Source: Alkalispirochaeta sp. (GTDB lineage Bacteria; Spirochaetota; Spirochaetia; DSM-27196; Alkalispirochaetaceae). From it: DNA of 64,000 bases. The position numbers and the translations under genes are program-made. A model generated the notes under the pieces. That model was not told where the DNA came from and did not search any database. It saw nothing but the letters and a program-made list of their open reading frames with translations. Shown one piece after another: positions 9,762-18,849 of the stretch. The number at the start of each line of letters is the position of its first letter. Within the stretch, counting starts at the first letter, position 1. The stretch is taken from the NCBI GenBank assembly GCA_965601925.1, contig OZ271854.1, forward strand, positions 1,376,001 through 1,440,000, read 5' to 3'.

Positions 9762-10967
9762 CTACACGGGCGTGTACCGAACCGGGCCATCGAGGGCCCC
9801 AACGAGGTGTCGATACGGATCCCAGGGATACTCCGCCGCAAACGGACGCCACAGCGCGGAGAACGCCTCGTTTTCGGCGGTCGGGTCGGGCCACGAATCA
9901 ACGGCGTGGGGATTCTCGCCGATGAGATTATCGTCGACGGCGAAGGTCTCGAGAACGGCTTCTCCGGTCAGGCGGGCGTGAGTCACCGCCGGCAGGGTAC
10001 GCCGGAGATCCTCCGCCAACAGGCGGAAGGCCGCCAGACCGGGCAGCCCGCTTGCCCCACTCTCTTTTTCCGCCCAGGTGTGGGGGGCGTGGTCGCTCTC
10101 GATCCAGTCGAGGTCGCAGGCTGTGAGGCGGTCGTACAGCGCGGTGCGGAGGGCGGGCTCGCGGAGCGGCGGATTCACGTTGAACTCGGCAGGCGGCTTG
10201 CGAGATGAGTCGGAACGCACTCCATCTCGATCGCCGCGCCGAGCCGCCGAACGGACGATATCGGTGTCGAGCAAGGCGTGGTGCGGTGTAGTAGCGCCGG
10301 TTAATCGAAAGGGAAGACCGCCGCGCTCCCGGACAATGATCTCTACCGTATCGGGGACGCTGATATGACAGATGTGCAGCGTACCGCGAAAGCCCGCCGC
10401 CTCGGCTAAGTCGATTTGCGTCTGGACCGATGCGATCTCGGCGACCGTCGGCCGCGCGTCGCTGTGGCTCTCCGGGCGCGCCGGGTCCCACAGATCGGGC
10501 CGGAGGAGCTCTTCCCGTTCCGCGTGGACGGCAACCACACCGCGATACTCGCACTCCGCCAAGGTGCGCCACACGGCGAACTGTTGCGATGCCGCGGTGA
10601 CGCCCATGCGTCCGGTACTGTGCCCGGCGTAGAGCTTGAAACCCACCACGCGCGGAAAGCGATCACGGTGTACGGCGACGGCCTCGCGCACCTGATCGAG
10701 ATCGTCGGTGAGCCCCATGTACATGCCGTGAAAGAGGCCGGCCGAGGCGGCCTCGCCGGTCGTATCCGGAAGCCTCAAGCGCGCCGCGTCACCGTCGGCG
10801 ATGCGCTTTTCCACCGCTTTGCGATCGGTAATCGCCGGCGCGGTGTTGGGCATCTCGAACAGAGCGCTTACGCCGGCGCGCCAGGCGACGGCAAATCCGT
10901 GGGCGATCGTCTCTTTGGCGGCTTGATTCCAGTCGCGCAAATGAACATGGGGATCGATGAGTTTCAT
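9762..10967 (-). CDS. pyrC: Dihydroorotase
   Basis: IDPHVHLRD, EMPNT, FKLY, HAE, HICHIS, TPHH, VNPPLR, SDHAPH. AAAGGAG RBS before MKLID. Confidence 0.9.
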   Translation of the reverse strand: MKLIDPHVHLRDWNQAAKETIAHGFAVAWRAGVSALFEMPNTAPAITDRKAVEKRIADGDAARLRLPDTTGEAASAGLFHGMYMGLTDDLDQVREAVAVHRDRFPRVVGFKLYAGHSTGRMGVTAASQQFAVWRTLAECEYRGVVAVHAEREELLRPDLWDPARPESHSDARPTVAEIASVQTQIDLAEAAGFRGTLHICHISVPDTVEIIVRERGGLPFRLTGATTPHHALLDTDIVRSAARRGDRDGVRSDSSRKPPAEFNVNPPLREPALRTALYDRLTACDLDWIESDHAPHTWAEKESGASGLPGLAAFRLLAEDLRRTLPAVTHARLTGEAVLETFAVDDNLIGENPHAVDSWPDPTAENEAFSALWRPFAAEYPWDPYRHLVGALDGPVRYTPV

Positions 10968-11185
10968 GAACGCTCCTTTGGAGATGGGTGGCGCAGTTGT
11001 GAGGAAACCTCCGTCGGTGTACCGATTACCCGCGCCATCGTCGTCAAATATATACCGACGACCGCAGGTGTGTGGAGAGTCGGGAGTGTCGTGCACCGGT
11101 ACTCCGTATCTTCACGGTGCTCGCCGTGCAGTGCCGGCCCCTTCGTACGACGAACGCTCTTGTACGATCCATCTCCTATTGATTG

Positions 11186-11236
11186 ATAACGCGAGAAGCG
11201 TTATGTTACTAATTAATCTTGGTACATTGGTAACAC
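11186..11236 (+). promoter_or_regulatory. AT-rich operator-like region with inverted repeats
   Basis: ATAACGC-gagaa-GCGTTAT palindrome, then a TGTTAC...GTAACA pair, just upstream of the RBS of the 11251 gene. Confidence 0.45.
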
Positions 11237-11250
11237 AAAGGAGCAGGAGA

Positions 11251-11517
11251 ATGGACGTCGCGAATCGAGATACGTCACACGGACCGATTGAACGAGTGCA
11301 AACCGGCGTACGAGTCGAAAAGAGACTCCTGAAGGTTCTCAAAGCTCTTGCGGAATACTTAGATATCTCGCTCGGAGATCTCATTGAGGGAATCACACTT
11401 CATTCCTTTGAGGGTCGAAGCCCGTTCGACGAAGCGATGCAGCGACGGATCGCGGCCCTCAAAGAGATCTATGAAATGGACTACGATGCAACGGCGAGTC
11501 ATCGTCTCGTCGAGTAG
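11251..11517 (+). CDS. Small hypothetical protein, ribbon-helix-helix-like DNA-binding
   Basis: Strong RBS (AGGAGA) and ATG at 11251. RVQTGVRVEKRLLKVLKALAEYLDISLGDLIE reads as a beta-strand/helix/helix pattern. Confidence 0.7.
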   Translation: MDVANRDTSHGPIERVQTGVRVEKRLLKVLKALAEYLDISLGDLIEGITLHSFEGRSPFDEAMQRRIAALKEIYEMDYDATASHRLVE

Positions 11518-11532
11518 TGATCGGAGGATGCG

Positions 11533-12030
11533 ATGGGAGGCGGACACTTTGTATCAAAGCGGGTATCACGGACGAGCACGATTGCGATCGATGCGTCTCC
11601 GGACGAGGCGTTTGTGTTATTTGGACCGATTGTGGAGCAAAGGTGGGCGGCGGAATGGCGGCCGACCGTGCTCTATGGGGAGGGCGACCCGATCGAGGAG
11701 CGTATGGTGTTCCTTACCGCGTCGCACCACGACGATGGTAGGGCCGTTTGGATCGTGTCGCGATACGAGCCGGAACACCACCTCATCGAGTACACCGTCT
11801 ATACGCCGGATAGAGTGTGGTGGATAACGATACGGTGTCGTCTCGCGGGGAGCGGCGGAGCGACAACGGCCGAGATCACCTATACGTACAACGGCCTCAC
11901 CGAGAGAGGCAACGCATTGATCGGCGCGGAGCTCGACGCGATGTACTCCGAGAACCTCCGCAACTGGCAGAGAGCAATCAATCGCTACGTGGAGACCGGC
12001 GAGGCGAGCTCCCTCCACGACGGCGCGTAA
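11533..12030 (+). CDS. SRPBCC/START-fold (polyketide-cyclase-like) hypothetical protein
   Basis: TIAIDASPDEAFVLFGP..E..W, W.VSRYEPEHHLIEY, TTAEITYTY and a C-terminal helix (W.RAINRY). GGAGG upstream. Confidence 0.65.
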   Translation: MGGGHFVSKRVSRTSTIAIDASPDEAFVLFGPIVEQRWAAEWRPTVLYGEGDPIEERMVFLTASHHDDGRAVWIVSRYEPEHHLIEYTVYTPDRVWWITIRCRLAGSGGATTAEITYTYNGLTERGNALIGAELDAMYSENLRNWQRAINRYVETGEASSLHDGA

Positions 12031-12082
12031 CGGATTATGCACGGCGAGCTACGTCGTGATCACACGTCGGGAGGCGTTATCG

Positions 12083-12427
12083 ATGAGATGTACCGCACGA
12101 CGCGCCTTTTTCTGGGCACCTCGGACTCTGTGTATTCTATTTATTGCGTTCGTGAGTGCGTTCGCCCTCGACGTATTCCACGAAGGGTACAGCATCGGCG
12201 AAGCGATTATCGCATTCCTCATGCACCTCGTTCCGACATATCTCCTCATAGTCGCGCTCCTCATTGCGTGGCGGTGGGAGGGCATCGGGGCGGTTCTATT
12301 TGCGGCCCTGGGGTTCGCCTATTTGATTACGAGCGGATGGGACGCGTGGGTGATATCGGGACCGATGTTCCTCGTAGCGGCACTCTTCCTCCTCGGTCGA
12401 TTCTTCGGTCGAAGGCCCGATCGCTGA
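12083..12427 (+). CDS. Small integral membrane hypothetical protein (about 4 TM)
   Basis: WAPRTLCILFIAFVSAFALDVF...FLMHLVP...IAWRWEGIGAVLF, with four hydrophobic segments. Confidence 0.7.
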   Translation: MRCTARRAFFWAPRTLCILFIAFVSAFALDVFHEGYSIGEAIIAFLMHLVPTYLLIVALLIAWRWEGIGAVLFAALGFAYLITSGWDAWVISGPMFLVAALFLLGRFFGRRPDR

Positions 12428-12447
12428 GTATCGCCGATAGCACGCGT

Positions 12448-14358
12448 TCAGTCTCCAGTGTCTTGTGCGAGGGACGCGCTTCCGGCATCGGGAATGCGCT
12501 GGGGCGCCGACGGCGTGTCGTCGGGCCACCGCTCGGCGGTGACGAATGTGCCGTGCTGACACGTAAGAACTCCTTCGTGGTGGCATAGGCCGCACAGGCC
12601 GACGCCGCACATCATTCGCTGCTCCAACGAGACGTGAACGCCGGACGGCGGGATACCGGAGCGCAGCGCGATCCGCACGGCGCGACGCATGAACGGCTCC
12701 GGTCCGATCGCAAAAAAGAGTCGCTCCGGGCGCCGGCGAGGCTCGGTAGGCGGACGCTCGGCGCGCGTGCCGCCGCTATACTTCGACGATTCGCCGAGCG
12801 CCCGTTCAACGATGGTAATCACGCGACCGAGCTCCCCATCGTCGTTCACGCGGTGCAGTTCTCCGTAGCGCCGAATCGCCGACTCCAGCGGTGTTCCCGT
12901 TTCCGCCGATCGCATGCCGATCCACGTCTCCACCGCTATGCGGGACGCGGCAAGGGACGCGGCGAGTGCAGGAACAAGGGCCGTCCCGCTCCCGGCGGCG
13001 ACGATCGTCGCGTGCGTCACGTGCGCTCCGGCGGAGCGATACGGATGCGTGACGACGCCGCTCCCGTCGCCGTAGGGACCGCGAACATATACGGTGTCTC
13101 CGGGACGCAGCGCACACAACGCCGCCGATACCGGACCGCGCCGCCGCACGAGGAAGGTGGCCGGAGATGCCAAGGCCGGCGAATACGGCTTCTCTCCCAC
13201 CCCGGGAATCCACAAAAAACACGCGGCTCCCGCCGAAAAGGGGAGCTCGCCTTCCAGCTCTATTTCGTAGAGGTCGGCGTCCAAACCGCGCACCTCCCGA
13301 ACGACGCGGGATCGGAACGCCATCTCGGCCGATGTACGGTAATGGAACGCGTGCGACGACCGGAAGGGCTCATCTTCGGTCGATACGGGTGACGAATCGG
13401 TGTGTCCCAAGCTCACGGCCGAAAAGAAATGCGGCCACTCCCGCTGATGTACCAACGCCAGGGCGCTTCCCACCCCTACGATGTCGGCACCGGCCTCACG
13501 CATGCGCAGAGCGTCCTCCGGTCGCTCCACTCCTCCCATTCCGATGATCGGTATCGCAGGTCCTACGGCATGACGAATCGCGGCGACGCACTCTACGGCT
13601 CGGTCGCGAATCCATCGGCCGCTCCGCCCGCCCCTTCCGCGGAGCGTCTCACGTTCATCCGCGGTACTCGCCCAGACGGGGGCTCGGTTGGTCAGGATAA
13701 CTGCGCCGCTTTCCGGCTCACGGTACTGCTCGGGACCCACGGTGTTGATCGCGGTAATGCCGGCGGCGCCCGCTTCGACGGCTCGACGTGCGATCGCGCC
13801 GATATCGCCGACATTCGGGGTAAGCTTGGCAAAGACCGGGATGCGCTCGCCGTCGACAATCGCCGCTCCTGCGGCCGCGGCGGTGCACTCGGCTACGGCG
13901 CGTGGATCACATCCGATCGCCGAACCGTAGCCGCCGTGGGCGTGTGGGCAGCTCAGATTGAGTTCGATCAGGTCGGCGAAGGGCGCCAACGCTCGCACAA
14001 GCTCGGCGAACTCGGCAGCATCGTGCGCCGCTACCGAGATACCGAGGAGCACGTCGCGACGCCACTCCGCTCTTTTTCGTGTCAACGCGTGCAGTTCCGC
14101 AATCGTCGCCTCGAGGCCCGAGTTGCGGAGCCCTACGGCGTTGCCGAAGCTCCCGGGCTGCGGTTCGGTGATGATCGGCTCACGGTTGCCGGCGTTGGGG
14201 TGACGCTGAATGCTCTTGGTCGTAACGACTCGCACCGAGGTGTTGCGGGCAAACCAATCGATCATCGCCGCGTTGGTTGAGGCTACCCCGCTCACCGTGG
14301 CCAGTCCGATCGGCCCGCCACGTCGGTGTAAGCCGGCAAACGAGACTCGATCCATCAC
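12448..14358 (-). CDS. pyrD: Fused dihydroorotate dehydrogenase (PyrD, class 1B) and electron-transfer subunit (PyrK)
   Basis: N-half: VTTKS, NAVGLRN, ELNLSCPH, KLTPN, INTV, IGMGGV. C-half: GEKPYS, RGPYG, GPEPFM and the 2Fe-2S motif MCGVGLCGLC...C. Confidence 0.9.
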   Translation of the reverse strand: MMDRVSFAGLHRRGGPIGLATVSGVASTNAAMIDWFARNTSVRVVTTKSIQRHPNAGNREPIITEPQPGSFGNAVGLRNSGLEATIAELHALTRKRAEWRRDVLLGISVAAHDAAEFAELVRALAPFADLIELNLSCPHAHGGYGSAIGCDPRAVAECTAAAAGAAIVDGERIPVFAKLTPNVGDIGAIARRAVEAGAAGITAINTVGPEQYREPESGAVILTNRAPVWASTADERETLRGRGGRSGRWIRDRAVECVAAIRHAVGPAIPIIGMGGVERPEDALRMREAGADIVGVGSALALVHQREWPHFFSAVSLGHTDSSPVSTEDEPFRSSHAFHYRTSAEMAFRSRVVREVRGLDADLYEIELEGELPFSAGAACFLWIPGVGEKPYSPALASPATFLVRRRGPVSAALCALRPGDTVYVRGPYGDGSGVVTHPYRSAGAHVTHATIVAAGSGTALVPALAASLAASRIAVETWIGMRSAETGTPLESAIRRYGELHRVNDDGELGRVITIVERALGESSKYSGGTRAERPPTEPRRRPERLFFAIGPEPFMRRAVRIALRSGIPPSGVHVSLEQRMMCGVGLCGLCHHEGVLTCQHGTFVTAERWPDDTPSAPQRIPDAGSASLAQDTGD

Positions 14359-15263
14359 GGGTCCCACCGCAGCGCCGTGTGCAGTGAGGTGACCGCTGCG
14401 GCGACGGCGTTACGCCAGTCGGTCGGGACCGCGGCTTTCCTCGCCGCCCAGGGAAAGAGCGCACCGCTTGACGCATTGATGCGGACCATGTGAGGCGGGT
14501 AGCCGGTGTCCCGGATGATGCGAAGCACCTCGGGTGCCGAACCGCCCTGACGGCCGACACCGGGAATGAGCACCGGAATCGGTCGAGCGCGAAGGGCGCG
14601 TAAGCTCGCCTCCAGCTCTTCGGGAGCCGTTGCACCCAGAACGACTCCGGCCGACGGATGGTGATTCGCCCACTCCGTCACGGCGTCCGCGACGATGCGA
14701 TAGAGAGGAGAGCCGTCGATGAGGAGATTCTGAAACCGTGCGGAGCCGGGATTACTCGTCCGGGCAAGAAGGTATACACCCCGCGAGGCCGTCTCAGCGG
14801 CACGGAGGAACGGCTCGACCGAGTCGTCGCCCATCCACGGCGAGACGGTGACCGCATCGGCCCGCCACGCGCGAAAAGCCTCCTCGGCGTAGTTGGCGCT
14901 GGAGCGCGCAATGTCACCGCGCTTGGCGTCGAGAATCACCGGCACGTCGGGCATCCGCCGCCGCAGGAGTCGCAGGGTCGCCGCAAGCGCCTCGGACCCG
15001 GCGAATCGCGCCGCCCCGTCGTCGAGGGGACGATCGTTGGCGGTGAAGTACCCGATGTTCGGTTTGAACGCAGCGGGTCGAATCCGCGCCTCGTCGAACG
15101 CATCGAGCGCGACCTCCACAAGCGTTAGGACGGCGTCGACGTCGGCAGGTCCGCCGTAGCGACGTAGTTCGACGGGAAGCCACTCCACCACCGGATCGAT
15201 ACCGAGGCAGAGGAGGGAACCCGCCTCCCGGGCGCTGTACTCCAAACGGTCGCGATAGCTCAC
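14355..15263 (-). CDS. pyrF: Orotidine-5'-phosphate decarboxylase (type 2)
   Basis: LCLGIDP, FKPNIGYF, ILDAKRGDI, SPWMG.DS, RTSNPGS, VLGAT, LIPGVGRQGG. GTGA overlap with the pyrE stop. Confidence 0.93.
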   Translation of the reverse strand: MSYRDRLEYSAREAGSLLCLGIDPVVEWLPVELRRYGGPADVDAVLTLVEVALDAFDEARIRPAAFKPNIGYFTANDRPLDDGAARFAGSEALAATLRLLRRRMPDVPVILDAKRGDIARSSANYAEEAFRAWRADAVTVSPWMGDDSVEPFLRAAETASRGVYLLARTSNPGSARFQNLLIDGSPLYRIVADAVTEWANHHPSAGVVLGATAPEELEASLRALRARPIPVLIPGVGRQGGSAPEVLRIIRDTGYPPHMVRINASSGALFPWAARKAAVPTDWRNAVAAAVTSLHTALRWDP

Positions 15264-15982
15264 GGGTGTCGCTCCTGCCAGTCGAAGGGGTCGGCCAGCC
15301 ACTCATCCATGCTCAGGCGGTCCGCTCCCGCGATATCGCCGCGCTCGATCGCGACCGCGAGTAAGTCGTCCATGGAGAAGATCGTCCTCGTCTCGCATCG
15401 CCCGGGCAGCGCTGAAAAACGCGTCTCTACCGCGGCGAACCCGTAGGAAAAGATGGCCAGACACAGCGGTACGTCCGCCCCGGCCTCCATGAGCGCCTCT
15501 GCGGCCGCCGCCGCACTTCCCCCCGTAGAGAGCAGATCCTCCACCAGGAGGATTCGCGCACGCGTCTCGCGGCCGACGGATTGAAACGGAGGGACGGAAG
15601 CGAGCTCCGCGGGACTCAGTCCTTCGATCCGCCGTTTGAGACCGTGTCCCTTAGCGGCGCCGCGAACGTAGAAGAAGTCGAGCCCCGTCGCTTCGGCCAC
15701 GAGGAGCGCCGGCGCGATTCCCGCGCTTGCCGTCCCGGCGACACCGTCCCACGAGTCGACGCCACCGGCGGACTTCAACAGCGCAAGGAGCCCGTCGCGG
15801 ACCAGCTCTCGCCCCCGCGGATACCGCAATAAGAGACGGTTGTCGTTGTACACCGGCATGCGATACCCCGAGGCCCATGTAACCGGATCGCGAGGCACAA
15901 TGCGAAAGGCACCGACCTCCAACGCAAATCCCGCCAACTCCGCCCCCACCACTTTTCGGGAGGGGCTCACGCCTTCGCTCAT
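15260..15982 (-). CDS. pyrE: Orotate phosphoribosyltransferase
   Basis: TWASG..MPVYNDNR, YVRGAAKGHG....IEG, PRPP motif LLVEDLLSTGGS. ATGA overlap with pyrBI. Confidence 0.93.
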   Translation of the reverse strand: MSEGVSPSRKVVGAELAGFALEVGAFRIVPRDPVTWASGYRMPVYNDNRLLLRYPRGRELVRDGLLALLKSAGGVDSWDGVAGTASAGIAPALLVAEATGLDFFYVRGAAKGHGLKRRIEGLSPAELASVPPFQSVGRETRARILLVEDLLSTGGSAAAAAEALMEAGADVPLCLAIFSYGFAAVETRFSALPGRCETRTIFSMDDLLAVAIERGDIAGADRLSMDEWLADPFDWQERHP

Positions 15983-17625
15983 TTCCATACCTCCGTGAAC
16001 GCGTGCTTGTGACTGCAGTACTCGCAGACGTAGTGACCGTCGATACTCCGCCGAAAGCTCGGGAGCGTCTGCTCCCCGTTTGTCGGATGGGTGATGCACG
16101 CCTCGTTGCGGCATATCAACTCCGGAAGGCCGTAAATCCGCATCGGATGGCCCAGGCGCACCTTACGCCGTACTTCGCCGTCGGCGATGACGTTGACCGT
16201 TGCGCCGGGTACGACCGCGGCGAGCTTGCGGATCTCCCGGTCGCTCAGGCCGGGGTGTTCCGGACGAAAGAGCAGCCCCTTTGCGCGACCGTCGCCGCCG
16301 GTGCTGATCCACTCTCCGCCGCGACCGTGAAGCTTCATCACCGAGATGAGGGTGGCGAGGTGGCTGCGAATCTCTTCGGAATCGGCACCGACAAAGATAT
16401 GGTCGATCACCACCCCATCGCGGATCGGACGTATCCCCTCGGAGTAGTGCCGCGTCGCTGCCGACGCCTCGACTTCCACCGTCGATCGCTGGGGAACTTC
16501 GTGGATGAAATCGGACTCCGGTGCCGGGGTGGGCCCGATCGGTCCCGCGTAGTCGTCCCCGATGCGCCCGGAGACCATCGCCAACAGGGCGATACGCACG
16601 ATCCAGCCGTTCGAGCTTTGTCGCTCCCACCCGTTGAGGGATGAGTCGTCCAAGGAGACCGGAATGGTCGGATGTTCTCTATGCCGCGGCAGAGGGTGAT
16701 AGAAGACGGTTCGGTCGGGCAGCCGTTCGCCGTCGAGCGGGTCGAAGGTGATCGCCGAACGCAACTCCGCCGCGCGGCGCAGGACGCGCTCCCCCATGCG
16801 TTCGATCTGCGGGCGGGTGAAGTACCATTGCCGCGCTACGCCGAGCGGAGGGCTCGTGTTTTCCCCGGCCGTAGCCGTCTCGCGGCCGGCACAGGACAGA
16901 TACTCGTCGATCGAGGCAAACTCGCGCACTGCAAACCCTTGATCGCGCATCTGTTCAACATACGGCCTCGGCATGCTGAGCTCCGACGGTGCAACCAAGT
17001 CCACGGCGACCTCATCGAACAGTTCCAGGCCGTGAACCTTGGAATGGACGGTGCGTCCGTGATACAGATCGCCCACCAGTGCCAAATGGATCCGTCGGCT
17101 GTCCCAATCGAGATCTTCCAAAAAAGTGAACTCGTCGAGAAGCTCCTGGGTCGGATGCTCGTGGCGCCCGTCGCCGGCATTTATGAACGAGACCGGCGCC
17201 GCTACGTCGTGGCGAGCGCGGTAGCGTTCGGTCTTCTCGGCAAGATACCGGCACACCCCTTCAAGGCGACTGCGAATCACGAACACGCGGTTGTCGTAGC
17301 CGATGAGATTGGCAAAGGTGTCCGCGTAGCTCTCCGACTTGTTGAAACTACTCGATGCGGCGTTGAGCTCGGAGAACTTGAGGCGATGAAAGTGCGCCGC
17401 GTTCTTGAACGACTCCCGCGTGCGCGTACTGTCTTCCAAAAAGACCTCATACATCCCGAAGTCGGGATCGTTGATGCGAAATGCGTCGAGGACCGCACGA
17501 TCGCCGCGACGGTGCGCCTCCTTCAACTCTCTCGCGCGGCGATAGAGGTACAATCGCTCTTCGCGGTTAAGATCCTTGATGACCGCTAAGCTGCGACCGA
17601 TAAACGGGTGGGATCGTTGCGTCAT
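15979..17625 (-). CDS. pyrB: Fused aspartate carbamoyltransferase catalytic and regulatory chains (PyrB-PyrI)
   Basis: EDSTRTRESF, NAGDGRHEHPTQ, GDLYHGRTVHS, TRPQ.ER, YHPLPR; then PyrI-like PIRDGVVIDHI, PGATVNVI and Zn ligands CRNEACIT...CEYC. Confidence 0.93.
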   Translation of the reverse strand: MTQRSHPFIGRSLAVIKDLNREERLYLYRRARELKEAHRRGDRAVLDAFRINDPDFGMYEVFLEDSTRTRESFKNAAHFHRLKFSELNAASSSFNKSESYADTFANLIGYDNRVFVIRSRLEGVCRYLAEKTERYRARHDVAAPVSFINAGDGRHEHPTQELLDEFTFLEDLDWDSRRIHLALVGDLYHGRTVHSKVHGLELFDEVAVDLVAPSELSMPRPYVEQMRDQGFAVREFASIDEYLSCAGRETATAGENTSPPLGVARQWYFTRPQIERMGERVLRRAAELRSAITFDPLDGERLPDRTVFYHPLPRHREHPTIPVSLDDSSLNGWERQSSNGWIVRIALLAMVSGRIGDDYAGPIGPTPAPESDFIHEVPQRSTVEVEASAATRHYSEGIRPIRDGVVIDHIFVGADSEEIRSHLATLISVMKLHGRGGEWISTGGDGRAKGLLFRPEHPGLSDREIRKLAAVVPGATVNVIADGEVRRKVRLGHPMRIYGLPELICRNEACITHPTNGEQTLPSFRRSIDGHYVCEYCSHKHAFTEVWK

Positions 17626-17677
17626 GCGTTCCTCCCGACGCGGTGTATCGCTGCGGACTCGCGAAAGTCCCGGGGAC

Positions 17678-17704
17678 AAAAAAAAGCACCGGAAAAACCG
17701 GTGC
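17678..17704 (-). terminator. Intrinsic terminator (attenuator) in the pyrBI 5' leader
   Basis: Minus strand GCACCGG-TTTTT-CCGGTGC followed by 8 T, about 50 nt before the pyrB ATG. Confidence 0.88.
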
Positions 17705-17839
17705 CTCTCACATCGTGCTCATATACCGTAAACAGTCGCGGAAACGGACGCCCCGACGGCCTCAACCGAAGACGGCCGTTGCAATCGCTCGGTTCATACA
17801 CATCGTGTCGTGTCTCCGCTATTCGCATAAATTGTCGGG

Positions 17840-17868
17840 AGCATATGGGACCTCCGATGTTCTGTCAA
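17840..17868 (-). promoter_or_regulatory. Sigma70 promoter of the pyr operon
   Basis: TTGACA (17868-17863), 17 nt spacer, TATGCT (17845-17840), followed by CCCGAC-AATTT. Confidence 0.8.
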
Positions 17869-18770
17869 GAGCCTTGCTCGGGTACGAGAATCCGTACCGC
17901 ACGCGGACGCACTCTGATGGTTAGCGGTGCCGATGCTATGACATCTCCGTCGCCCTGCACCGGGAGCGCCTCGTGGCACTCGATAATCACCGTATCCTCC
18001 ACCGAGAGATGCGTGATATGCGAATTCTCGCGCTCCCTCGAAAAGAGAATGCTACCGGCTATTCTCAGATAATCGGTAAGTCTCTTCGGTCGAAACACGA
18101 ATACGTCGATACGCCCGTCGTCCACGCGGATCCCGTCACCGATACGTACGTGCGGTACGCCGAGGGCGGGGCAGTTCACGACAAACACTTCCACCGCCGA
18201 AAAAACATGGCTATTTCCGTCGGCAATGATGCGAAAACGACGCCGACGAGCGTTCCGTAGCGTCCCCAGGCCCGCTAAGACATACGCAAAGAACCCCAAC
18301 TGAGACTTTGCGTCCCGGTCTGCTCTCCGCATCATGCGCGCGGTAAGGCCGACTCCGACATTGAGCAAGAAGCTCGTTTGGCCGCGCTGCATCACATCGA
18401 CGGCGCGAAGCCGCGGCTCGTCGTCGAGAAGGGCGGCAGCCGCGGAGAGATCGGAGGGAATACGTAGGTCACGTGCAAAAACATTCGCCGTGCCCGCGGG
18501 AAGTATCGCCATTGGTATGTCGGTTCCGATGAGCGCGGCGGCGACACTCGACACGGTACCGTCTCCCCCCGAGGCGACGACCACATCGAATCCCTCGGCA
18601 AGCCTTCTCCGTACGATTTCGGTCACGTCGTCCGCCTCGGCGGTCTCATAGAGAGAATAGGATGTCGATGACCGATGCGCGAACATCCTCTCCACCACGC
18701 CACGCACATCGCGAGGATCGGTGGTTCCCGCGACCGGGTTCAAAACTACCAGGATTCTGTTCCACGTCAC
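17865..18770 (-). CDS. Diacylglycerol kinase family lipid kinase (YegS/DgkB-like)
   Basis: VLNPVAG, SGGDGTV, LPAGTANVFA, DDGRID, QGDGD. GTG start inferred. Confidence 0.9.
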   Translation of the reverse strand: MTWNRILVVLNPVAGTTDPRDVRGVVERMFAHRSSTSYSLYETAEADDVTEIVRRRLAEGFDVVVASGGDGTVSSVAAALIGTDIPMAILPAGTANVFARDLRIPSDLSAAAALLDDEPRLRAVDVMQRGQTSFLLNVGVGLTARMMRRADRDAKSQLGFFAYVLAGLGTLRNARRRRFRIIADGNSHVFSAVEVFVVNCPALGVPHVRIGDGIRVDDGRIDVFVFRPKRLTDYLRIAGSILFSRERENSHITHLSVEDTVIIECHEALPVQGDGDVIASAPLTIRVRPRAVRILVPEQGS

Positions 18771-18849
18771 ACGCCGAGCTCCCGATTGTCGACCGAAGGC
18801 TAATGTCTCGACGAATCGCGTAGCCCCAAAAAGCCGCGATTCAAGCCGG

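Noticed and set aside
17625..17833. PyrR-binding attenuator
   Set aside because: No clear ARUCCNGNGAGGYU loop is recognisable and no pyrR gene is in the window.
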